From a bacterium (lineage in GTDB: Bacteria; Patescibacteriota; Minisyncoccia; Phycocordibacterales; UBA918): a stretch of DNA of 43,042 nt. The stretch spans positions 1 to 43,042 of the forward strand of contig JAYSUD010000004.1 of NCBI GenBank assembly GCA_043719295.1. The letters run 5' to 3'. Below are positions 1-7,651 of this stretch, one piece after another. Under the pieces are notes generated by a model. That model worked only from the letters and a program-made list of their open reading frames with translations, was not told the origin of the DNA and did not search any database. Within the stretch, counting starts at the first letter, position 1. Each line of letters starts with the position of its first letter. Both the position numbers and the translations under genes were made by a program.

Positions 1-44
1 CACATACACAAAAAGCACTCCTAGGAGTGCTTTTTGTGTATGTG
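1..44. terminator. Perfect 44-bp palindrome directly 3' of tRNA-Gly; probable terminator
   Basis: cacatacacaaaaagcactcct|aggagtgctttttgtgtatgtg is self-complementary; may extend beyond the window edge. Confidence 0.6.
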
Positions 45-115
45 TGCGGCTAGGGGTAATCGAAACCCCGTCTCATGCTTGGCAAGCAGGTGTTCTACCA
101 CTGAACCATAACCGC
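45..115 (-). tRNA. tRNA-Gly(GCC)
   Basis: Reverse complement GCGGTTA...CCTGC-TTGCCAA-GCATG...GGGGT-TTCGATT-ACCCC-TAGCCGC-A folds as a cloverleaf; one C-U mismatch in the anticodon stem; CCA not encoded. Confidence 0.93.
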
Positions 116-118
116 ATG

Positions 119-787
119 TTATTCCTGCAGCTCTTTTGTAGCTAATTCAATCCATCGATTGAGTTTATGCTTCAGAACAGTGTTGCCGATTATAATATTT
201 CCGACCCCAAAGTGCAATGTGCGCTTTTTGCTTCGTCCTTCAATAACTTGGTTTTTGTAGAATTGGGCTGGGCTAATGCCGATATACTTTGACCACCGCT
301 TCATACAGACTGCTTCATCTAGATCAGGATACAGCAAAAGCCAGAAGCGAATTTTTTGCTTTTCAACACCCAAATAGGCAACGATAAATTTAATAAAAAT
401 CAGATGCAAATCCATCCGTGCATTCGCCATCCGAATCAGTCTTCGGTCCTTGTTGTCTCCTTCACTTACATACAACAGCAATCCAGCAATAAACAGTGGG
501 TCTTTTTTGTAGTGTTTATATTCTGTCTCAGCAGATTGGACTGCTTGTGCATACGACACAACCCGTTCTGCTTTGCGTGCTTTATTAATAAGCCCAATAC
601 GCTTCACATTATCCTTCGCAGCACGCTTTACATTCACTTCTTTCACCTTCTTTGAGAAGGTTTTCTTCGCAAGCCAGTTACTAACCGTACTTTTTGAAAC
701 CCCTACAATTTTAGATATCTCCGAATATGTGAAGCCCCGCTTACGGAATTCGATAGCCTCCTCATACTTTTTTTCTAAACGTATCAT
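119..787 (-). CDS. N-terminal HTH protein with LAGLIDADG-like C-terminal domain
   Basis: HTH 'GFTYSEISKIVGVSKSTVSNWL'; helix 'LFIAGLLLYVSEGDNK'. Start moved to MIRLEKK because the longer ORF runs into the upstream repeat region. Confidence 0.7.
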   Translation of the reverse strand: MIRLEKKYEEAIEFRKRGFTYSEISKIVGVSKSTVSNWLAKKTFSKKVKEVNVKRAAKDNVKRIGLINKARKAERVVSYAQAVQSAETEYKHYKKDPLFIAGLLLYVSEGDNKDRRLIRMANARMDLHLIFIKFIVAYLGVEKQKIRFWLLLYPDLDEAVCMKRWSKYIGISPAQFYKNQVIEGRSKKRTLHFGVGNIIIGNTVLKHKLNRWIELATKELQE

Positions 788-863
788 AGAGTATGTATAT
801 AATATACTATGCCAGTTGTTCATTATTACAATATACACAGATTCTTTTTCAGCAAAAAAGACA

Positions 864-1210
864 GTGTTCGGTATTGAGATTGGGGAACATGGCTCCGTCT
901 TGCACAAGACGCCGAAAGCAGTTTGCGCTGGTGGTCACGAATCACTAAGTATATCTATGTGGCCGTCAGGTTCGTAATTCACTGACGCTCATAACGACCT
1001 CCAGCCCGAACTCGCTTGTTTCAGCTCTAGGAGAGAGCTGAAACATAGCCACGTCTTGCTCTGGTGGTCACGGGTTACTAACCAAAATAAATACTCCGTA
1101 TTTATTTTGCTAAGTACCCTCGACCCCGACTCACTCGTCTTTGTGTTTAGGAAAACAGAAAGACATCGTTCCGCCTTGCACAGACGCCGTACGAGACGCA
1201 GGTCTCGTAC
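864..1210 (-). repeat. Tandem modular structured repeat region (family D) 3' of tRNA-Arg
   Basis: ctggtggtcacg at 928-939 and 1061-1072; tccgYcttgcac(a)agacgccg near 894 and 1171; several internal hairpins. Confidence 0.75.
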
Positions 1211-1211
1211 T

Positions 1212-1257
1212 AAATCAAAACAACATCCTTTTTTAAGAAAGGATGTTGTTTTGATTT
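1212..1257. terminator. 20-bp-stem hairpin 3' of tRNA-Arg
   Basis: aaatcaaaacaacatccttt / aaaggatgttgttttgattt. Confidence 0.6.
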
Positions 1258-1264
1258 GCGTCTG

Positions 1265-1336
1265 TGCACCTGCCAGGACTCGAACCTGGAACGACTGATC
1301 CGAAGTCAGTTATGATATCCATTTCACTACAGGTGC
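1265..1336 (-). tRNA. tRNA-Arg(TCG)
   Basis: Reverse complement GCACCTG...ACTGA-CTTCGGA-TCAGT...CCAGG-TTCGAGT-CCTGG-CAGGTGC-A; CCA not encoded. Confidence 0.93.
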
Positions 1337-1388
1337 AGTGGTGAGCAGTGTACTACTGTTTTGAATGATATACAACCATCATATTTAT

Positions 1389-1676
1389 CTAAAATTTCTC
1401 AGGAAGAAGTCGACTTGTGTGGTACACACGAAGGATTTCAATTTTAGGAGAAACTATTCGATAGGGAATAAAGTATGGAAGTCGAGGTACGCTTAATTCC
1501 AAAGTTCCAACAACACGACCAATATGGCCAGATCGCGGAAATGTTTCAAGTTGGTTTGCGACATATAGGAAAATTGTTTGAACCACTTCACTTGCACTAA
1601 TCGCACTATCTTCAGCTATGTATTCTTCAATATCTTGTAAGTCCTTCAATGCTTCGGGCATCCAAATGATGTTCAT
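1389..1676 (-). CDS. Type II toxin, RelE/ParE family
   Basis: MNIIWMPEALKDLQDIEEYIA...FPRSG..GRV.GT.EL...PYFIPYRI...IEILRVYH; 95 aa, downstream of antitoxin. Confidence 0.88.
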   Translation of the reverse strand: MNIIWMPEALKDLQDIEEYIAEDSAISASEVVQTIFLYVANQLETFPRSGHIGRVVGTLELSVPRLPYFIPYRIVSPKIEILRVYHTSRLLPEKF

Positions 1677-1681
1677 AAATG

Positions 1682-1960
1682 CTATTTTGTAGGTAGTGCA
1701 AGCTCATGATCAGTACCGAGTGATTCTACCCAAGCTTTGACTTTACTATGAGGTATCCCCTCGCCAGCATCAGCAGAAGCAATTGCTCGTTTAATACCTG
1801 CAATTTGAGCCTCATACACATGTATATATTGTGCAATAGCTTCAGCTGCTAAGAATGATTTGCTTCGCTTTTCATGGCGAGCGATTTGTTCGAGAGCCTT
1901 CTTAGTTACACTATCTAAGCGAACAGACATAGTTGTTGATGTGGTATTATTTTGTGCCAT
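1682..1960 (-). CDS. CopG/ribbon-helix-helix antitoxin
   Basis: TMSVRLD...LEQIA...RSKSFLAAEAIAQYI RHH motif; 5 bp upstream of the toxin. Confidence 0.85.
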   Translation of the reverse strand: MAQNNTTSTTMSVRLDSVTKKALEQIARHEKRSKSFLAAEAIAQYIHVYEAQIAGIKRAIASADAGEGIPHSKVKAWVESLGTDHELALPTK

Positions 1961-1974
1961 ATTGTGTACAATAT
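1959..1974. promoter_or_regulatory. Candidate TA autoregulatory operator
   Basis: Inverted repeat ATATTGT-gt-ACAATAT overlapping the antitoxin start codon. Confidence 0.4.
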
Positions 1975-2028
1975 AGCACAGTTAAGTACGTACGTAAAAT
2001 ACACATAATGAACTATAATAAACAGAAT

Positions 2029-3501
2029 ATGATCAATCGCACTCAAATCCCTCTTGAAGTACAAAGTGTTGCAAAAGCATTGGAAGATGCTGGTTTTGAG
2101 GCGCATTTAGTTGGGGGTTGCGTAAGAGACATTCTCATTAACAAAGTTCCCAAAGACTGGGACATTACAACCAATGCGCACCCCAACCAGATTGTGGCAC
2201 TATTTCCAGAAACATACTGCAACAACGACTTTGGAACAGTTGGTGTGAAAAATGAAGAAACGGGAGATGTCACACTTAAAGTAGTTGAAGTAACTCCGTA
2301 TCGAACGGAATCAACGTACAGCGACGCACGGCGTCCTGATAGTGTTACTTTTGGTGTTTCTCTTGAAGAAGACCTTAAGCGCCGTGATTTTACCGTCAAC
2401 GCCATTGCGTATCGGATTCACGACGAGAAACTCGTAGATTTATTTGATGGAATGGGGGATATAGAGAAGAAACGACTTAAAACAGTAGGGGAGCCGGATG
2501 AACGTTTTGCTGAAGACGCACTCCGCATGATGCGTGCTGTTCGACTTTCTTGTGAACTTAACTTTGCTATTGAGAGCAATACACTTGCTTCAATACTCAA
2601 GAATAACGATAATCTAAGCCGTATTTCAATTGAGCGAATTTCTGAAGAGTTTATAAAAATAATCAATGCACAAACACCAATGCAGGGAATTGTACTCTTG
2701 GAAAAACTAGGTCTTATTGACTATATCCTCCCTGAAATCAGAGAATCTATCGGCTGTATCCAGGGTGGTGCACACGCTTATGATGTATATGAACATATTC
2801 TCCGCACCCTTCAAGCTGCAGCAGACAAAGGCTATTCTACCGAATTACGCCTTGCAGCCTTACTTCACGATATCGGAAAACCGGCAACACGACGTACGGG
2901 AGGCAAAAATAAAGAATACACCTTCTTTGGTCATGAGGTAGTAGGAGCCAGAATGGCTAAAAAGGTCCTAGAGCGACTAAAAATGCCTCGTGAAACTATT
3001 GATGTTGTTGAAAAACTGGTTCGTAACCACATGTTCTTCTCTGATCCTGACCTCATTACTCTTTCTGCGGTACGACGAACTATTGTGCGGATAGGACAAG
3101 AACACATTGTTGATCTATTAAACCTCCGTGTCTGTGACCGTATTGGCATGGGAACTGCTAAAGAACAACCATTCCGTTTCAGAAAGTACAAAGCAATGGT
3201 TGATCAAGCACTTCGTGATCCTATCTCAGTTAAAATGCTCGCCATTGACGGAACAGATATTATGAAAATAACTGGGGAAAAACCTGGGAAGAAGCTTGGG
3301 TATATCCTGCATACATTGCTTGAAGAAGCCCTGGATAACCCGTTGATAAACACAAAAGAGCACCTAACAAAAAGGGTTTTAGAGCTTACAAAGCTTACGG
3401 ATGCAGAACTCGAACAACTTTCAGAATCTGGGAAGAGGAAACAAGAGGAAGAGGAAGCTTTGGCACTTAAGGACATAGCCAAAGAACACAATATTGGCTA
3501 A
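2029..3501 (+). CDS. cca: CCA tRNA nucleotidyltransferase with HD domain
   Basis: VGGCVRD..DWDITT, RRDFTVNAIA, RFAEDALRMMRAVR, LLHDIGKP; start could also be 2008. Confidence 0.9.
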   Translation: MINRTQIPLEVQSVAKALEDAGFEAHLVGGCVRDILINKVPKDWDITTNAHPNQIVALFPETYCNNDFGTVGVKNEETGDVTLKVVEVTPYRTESTYSDARRPDSVTFGVSLEEDLKRRDFTVNAIAYRIHDEKLVDLFDGMGDIEKKRLKTVGEPDERFAEDALRMMRAVRLSCELNFAIESNTLASILKNNDNLSRISIERISEEFIKIINAQTPMQGIVLLEKLGLIDYILPEIRESIGCIQGGAHAYDVYEHILRTLQAAADKGYSTELRLAALLHDIGKPATRRTGGKNKEYTFFGHEVVGARMAKKVLERLKMPRETIDVVEKLVRNHMFFSDPDLITLSAVRRTIVRIGQEHIVDLLNLRVCDRIGMGTAKEQPFRFRKYKAMVDQALRDPISVKMLAIDGTDIMKITGEKPGKKLGYILHTLLEEALDNPLINTKEHLTKRVLELTKLTDAELEQLSESGKRKQEEEEALALKDIAKEHNIG

Positions 3502-3585
3502 GTTATAGTTAACTGACCCTTAGAATGTAAAAAGACGCAAAACCTTCAGTTTTACGTCTTTTTATGTGGATAACTTTTTTTCTAC

Positions 3586-3610
3586 ATGTGGGGTCTCGTA
3601 AACCCCACAT
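3586..3610. repeat. REP-like hairpin (family E), single copy
   Basis: atgtggggtctcgtaaaccccacat; core GGGTCTCGTAAACCCCAC also present twice at 20333-20398. Confidence 0.75.
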
Positions 3611-3664
3611 AAATTGATGATAAAGATGGTCAGGGTTTGGAAAATACAAGTTACATATGCGTTC

Positions 3665-3777
3665 GAGACGTCCAGCAGTTTTCGCTGAGCTTTACGTAGT
3701 GCACAGCAAAGCTGAGGCACTACTTCAAGCTCTATGGCAACGCGAAAACTGGGACATATGTTCGCTATTGTCGTTAC
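3665..3777 (+). repeat. Structured repeat family A, copy 1
   Basis: GAGACGTCCAGCAGTTTTCGC...GCACAGCAAAGCTGAGGC...GCGAAAACTGGGAC...GTTCGCTATTGTCG; matches 38438-38552(-) and 42991-end. Confidence 0.85.
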
Positions 3778-3866
3778 TTCTTACAGAAGCTGTTCAGGTT
3801 GTCACTATTTTATTCAAAATAGTAGTCAACCTCTTGCGAAAGCGTCCCACGCTTTCTCACTCGTTT
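3778..3866 (-). repeat. Structured repeat family B, copy 1
   Basis: Reverse complement AAACGAGTGAGAAAGCGT..ACGCTTTCGCAAGAGGTTG...CAACCTGAACAGCTTCTGTAAGAAG. Confidence 0.85.
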
Positions 3867-4537
3867 ACTTACATAAAAAAAGACCTAGGATAATCGTGAG
3901 CCAATACATTGTGTATTCGCTTGCGGTTGTCCTAGGCCTTATGGGTGAGCACTATTTTATTTGAGACTGTTGCCTCAGGAGGGTACCTTATGAAAGGTTA
4001 ACCCATAGTGTGCTCGATTGGTTTGTGCTGTGCGGCTCACTGTGATTTGATCTTGTTCTACTTTTTTTCACATAGGTTATACGAGTTGATTATGGGAACG
4101 TGAATCTTTTTTTCTTTTTAATTCTTGTCCCCATTGCAACCCATATAACGATGAGCTTGTATAGTGGGATGTTATGAACTTTAGAGTTGGAGGTAAGTAA
4201 CTCTTGAAGAGCTCACAGGCTCTTCTAATTTTATTTTGAATGATCACTTGAAGGGAAATATCCAAAGTTCTTTGCTTGATGCTTTTATGCTCAAGTCTAG
4301 AACTTTGGATACCTCTGCTTGCCCTCTCTGGGCCTACATGTATAGTATGTCCTTTATAAAAGAGTGTAAAGGACACACGTGTGCATAACTGTGTACAACT
4401 CAAAAACTTTGTCCTTTATAAAGGACAAAGTTTTTGAGAGAGTGATTATATGGCTCTGTTTAAACGTACTATTCGGACTCTGCTAGAGCAGATTGACAAA
4501 ATTGTGTTTCGTGTGATTATAAAAGTAGTCAAAGGGG

Positions 4538-4650
4538 TTTCGAAAATGAATGCAGTTAGAGTTATGAAAACAAAATAAATTGAGATGTACGTACCTGTAC
4601 ATTGAAAACAATTTTGCGAAATCCAACGAAGAAGTGCCCCGTTTTAAAGG
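4538..4650 (+). repeat. Structured repeat family C, copy 1 (degenerate)
   Basis: AATGAATGCAGTTAGAG...GAGATGTAC..GTACATTGA...CAACGAAGAAGTGCCCCGTTTT. Confidence 0.7.
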
Positions 4651-4654
4651 TACG

Positions 4655-5446
4655 TTAAATAGCAATATCAACAGAGACAGGACAGTGATCGCTACCGTAT
4701 ACCTCAGGGTGAATACGTGCACTTTTGATCATCGGCGTAAGAGTTTTTGAGACCATAACATAGTCGATTCTCCATCCAACATTTCGCTCCCGAGCTCCGC
4801 CCCAATGTGACCACCAGGTATAGTGACCTGCATCTTTGTAAAACAACCGGAGCGTATCGACAAAACCAGACTTGAGCATTGCATCAAACCCACTTCGCTC
4901 TTCTTTAGTAAAGCCCTTCTTCCCATCATTCTCCTTTGGCCTCGCTAAATCAAGTTCTGTATGTGCCACGTTGAAATCTCCGCAAAACACTACTGGTTTT
5001 TGCTTTTGAAGCGAGTCCATGAACTCTAAGTAGGCAGGATCCCAAGCCAAGCGCATAGGAATTCGCGAAAGATCGTCTTTTGCGTTTGGTGTATAGACTG
5101 TAGAGACAAAAAATTCCTCAAATTCCAGTGTTACCACACGCCCTTCCTGTGTGGTATCACCATATTTGTCAGAAAGCCCGTATTTACTAGCTATTTCTTC
5201 GGGAATTCCTAAAATAGACTGTATTGGTTCGATTTTTGTGAAGATTGCGGTACCAGAATATCCTTTTTTCTCTGCAGAATTCCAATATTCTTGGTATTCG
5301 GGTAAATCAATCTCTGCCTGTCCTTCTTGAGCCTTAGTTTCTTGCAAACAAATGATTTCAGGTTGGTGCTTTTGAATAAATGCCTGAAACTCACCTTTTT
5401 TCAAGACCGCCCGTATCCCATTAACGTTCCACGAGTATATTTTCAT
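4655..5446 (-). CDS. xth: Exodeoxyribonuclease III (AP endonuclease)
   Basis: SWNVNGIRA, LQETK, GYSGTA, CGDFNVAH, GWRIDY, SDHCPV. Confidence 0.95.
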   Translation of the reverse strand: MKIYSWNVNGIRAVLKKGEFQAFIQKHQPEIICLQETKAQEGQAEIDLPEYQEYWNSAEKKGYSGTAIFTKIEPIQSILGIPEEIASKYGLSDKYGDTTQEGRVVTLEFEEFFVSTVYTPNAKDDLSRIPMRLAWDPAYLEFMDSLQKQKPVVFCGDFNVAHTELDLARPKENDGKKGFTKEERSGFDAMLKSGFVDTLRLFYKDAGHYTWWSHWGGARERNVGWRIDYVMVSKTLTPMIKSARIHPEVYGSDHCPVSVDIAI

Positions 5447-5486
5447 TATAATAAGTATACCAAATTCAGTCTGCTATACTTTGGCT

Positions 5487-6095
5487 ATGCATAAAAATCT
5501 CGAGCACGTAATCTTTGACTTTGATGGGGTTATTGCTGATACAAGAGATACTAATTGGGCATTAAGCCAAGAGCATGACGCTACAGCAACGTACGAAGAT
5601 TTCTTGGCTCATCACGATGGAAATGTATTTGAAGAACCACGTATCAAATTTCTACCAGAAAAACGCCACATTTTTCATTCAGAATATCGCAAACGTCTTA
5701 CCCAAAGCCATCTAGAAAAAGCTATTTTACCGCTGCAGAATCTTGGTTTGCTGTATACACTCCACATTGTTTCAAGTACAAGCGAAGAATCAATTAGGAT
5801 TGCCCTTGAAAAATCGGGAATTTTAGAACTATTTTCTCGCATAATGGGTCAAGAAACACATTTTTCAAAAGTTGAGAAATTTAAGATACTCATGAGCGAA
5901 AACGGGGTTACAGCTTTAAATTCAATATTCATTACCGACACACTTGGTGACATCAAAGAGGCTCACAAAGTTGGTATCAGAACTATTGCGGAAACTTTTG
6001 GTTTTCATAATCGGAAGCGCTTAGAAGCAGGTGAACCGTACGCAATTGTTGATTCTTGGGATGAAATTGAACAAACTATAAAAAATCTTGAGTAA
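5487..6095 (+). CDS. HAD-superfamily hydrolase (phosphoglycolate phosphatase-like)
   Basis: IFDFDGVIADT motif I; C-terminal DTLGDIKEA. Confidence 0.88.
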   Translation: MHKNLEHVIFDFDGVIADTRDTNWALSQEHDATATYEDFLAHHDGNVFEEPRIKFLPEKRHIFHSEYRKRLTQSHLEKAILPLQNLGLLYTLHIVSSTSEESIRIALEKSGILELFSRIMGQETHFSKVEKFKILMSENGVTALNSIFITDTLGDIKEAHKVGIRTIAETFGFHNRKRLEAGEPYAIVDSWDEIEQTIKNLE

Positions 6096-6104
6096 AAAGA
6101 TATT

Positions 6105-6749
6105 ATGAACGATATCCAAAAAATATTTGCGTTTACTACCTATATAGGTACGTTCAAAAAAATGGAACGATTTGTAGGACAATACTTTTGGCGCGATTAT
6201 CCAAAAATTGACCGATATGATTCAAATGCAGATCATACATGGCGCATGGCAATGATTCTTACCGTTATTGAACCCAGGCTTTCATATCCAATTGATTTTA
6301 AGAAAGCTATGCAAATGCTTCTGATTCACGATATCCCTGAAATAATTGCAGGGGACGCAAGTCCATTGGGAAGTGACGGCACGGGGAATGACTCTCATGC
6401 ATATAACAAGGAAGCTGCAATACAAAAATTTGAAAGTGAGAAGTCTGCTGCTTTTAAAATATTTAACAAACTCCCCGATGTTCAAGCAGTTGATCTCTAC
6501 AATCTATGGTTAGAGTATGAAAAGCAAGATTCGTTTGAGTCTAAGGTAGTAAAAGCAATTGATAAGTTTGAAGGGAAGCTCCAAGCAAGTGAATATCGAA
6601 ACGGTAGTTGGTTTAAAGACCACTTTGCTTGGACGCTCGCCTATGGAAAAGAGGCGTTCACCGTAGATCCAGCACTCCAAGAACTTATGGATGTATTAGC
6701 ACAAGGGATGGAAGATAATTATAAAGAATTTGATTCTGGTTTGATATAA
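6105..6749 (+). CDS. HD-domain phosphohydrolase (YfbR/HD_3-like)
   Basis: DSNADHTWRMA, LIHDIPEIIAGD, LWLEYE, VKAIDKFE. Confidence 0.85.
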   Translation: MNDIQKIFAFTTYIGTFKKMERFVGQYFWRDYPKIDRYDSNADHTWRMAMILTVIEPRLSYPIDFKKAMQMLLIHDIPEIIAGDASPLGSDGTGNDSHAYNKEAAIQKFESEKSAAFKIFNKLPDVQAVDLYNLWLEYEKQDSFESKVVKAIDKFEGKLQASEYRNGSWFKDHFAWTLAYGKEAFTVDPALQELMDVLAQGMEDNYKEFDSGLI

Positions 6750-6756
6750 AAATCCA

Positions 6757-6783
6757 AAGCCGTCCCGATTTCGCGGGGCGGCT
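6757..6783 (-). terminator. Intrinsic terminator of cassette 1
   Basis: aagccgtcccgatttcgcggggcggct hairpin, identical to 7304-7330; T-rich on both sides. Confidence 0.75.
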
Positions 6784-6810
6784 TTTAAAAAGTGGATATT
6801 CTTTCCTCCC

Positions 6811-7032
6811 TCACAGTTGAGACCTTAGACTTTCTTGGCCCAACTGGGGAGTAAGCAACTTGAGCCTTCGAACCCAAGCAGCAAATTGTTCAACAGTGAA
6901 CTCGGGGGACGCAAACAGCGGTCCCTCCAATACAGAATCCTCCTTTAAAGCTTGAGGCGCAATCATCGGATACACCGGTTGATATAGCTCAGTTGCTATT
7001 GAGGCAAGTGCGTCGGCGAGCGTTCTTAACAT
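6811..7032 (-). CDS. Small hypothetical protein, 73 aa (ELYQP motif), cassette 1
   Basis: AGGAGG 7 nt before ATG; TTGACA promoter near 7120; terminator downstream. Confidence 0.7.
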   Translation of the reverse strand: MLRTLADALASIATELYQPVYPMIAPQALKEDSVLEGPLFASPEFTVEQFAAWVRRLKLLTPQLGQESLRSQL

Positions 7033-7303
7033 AACTCTTCCTCCTAATTTAGGTTAAAACTTCATAGAAGGTGCTCTGCCTTCTTAATGTCTATTACACT
7101 CTTATTTATAGTTTTGTCAACTAGAGAACGTTCGTAATTAACTATCTGAGGTATTATTTCCATACAACACCTTATTACTCCGAAGTACCTGCAAGTAAGA
7201 TACATTCATCATGTTCATGAACTTGTAAGAAGGACATGATTCTTTTCCAGATGTAATCGAAGTTATAGATCAATAAGGGAAGTGTTGATAGTATAAAAAA
7301 ACT

Positions 7304-7330
7304 AAGCCGTCCCGATTTCGCGGGGCGGCT
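7304..7330 (-). terminator. Intrinsic terminator of cassette 2
   Basis: 27-bp identical copy of 6757-6783, followed by a T-tract on the minus strand. Confidence 0.75.
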
Positions 7331-7364
7331 GGTGCGCATCGAGGACTGTACCTTTTGAGGAACT

Positions 7365-7535
7365 TCAGGTTTGGGGGATTTCTTCCAATGTACGATGTCT
7401 CATCAGGCTCGCACGATAGGAATCCTCCTGTTCGTCAGGAGAAATTTCATGATTGCCGAGAATATACGCAGGCACGAGTGGGGGTTGGTATATTTCTGCC
7501 ATCCAACCATCCAACAACTTCAAGATAAAGAGCAT
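7365..7535 (-). CDS. Small hypothetical protein, 56 aa (EIYQP motif), cassette 2; not in ORF track
   Basis: Manual translation MLFILKLLDGWMAEIYQPPLVPAYILGNHEISPDEQEDSYRASLMRHRTLEEIPQT; GGAGG 7 nt before ATG; leader similar to cassette 1. Confidence 0.65.
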   Translation of the reverse strand: MLFILKLLDGWMAEIYQPPLVPAYILGNHEISPDEQEDSYRASLMRHRTLEEIPQT

Positions 7536-7651
7536 TTTTCTTCCTCCCTTATTCTAGATTTTAGTTTTACAGAAGACAAACTGCCTCCTTATGTCTATTA
7601 GACTCCAATTTTGACTTTCGTCAATCAAACTAGGTTTGTAACTCTCTTAAA

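Noticed and set aside
864-1210. CRISPR array interpretation of the repeated 12-21-mers
   Set aside because: Only two copies of each, irregular spacing, structured inserts and no cas genes.
3657-4722. Short ORFs at 3657, 3734, 4077 and 4483
   Set aside because: They run through repeat copies and hairpins and show no recognisable protein motifs.
7376-7412. CTGATGAG...GAAA on the minus strand resembling a hammerhead core
   Set aside because: No stem II complementarity, and it lies within the 56-aa cassette ORF.
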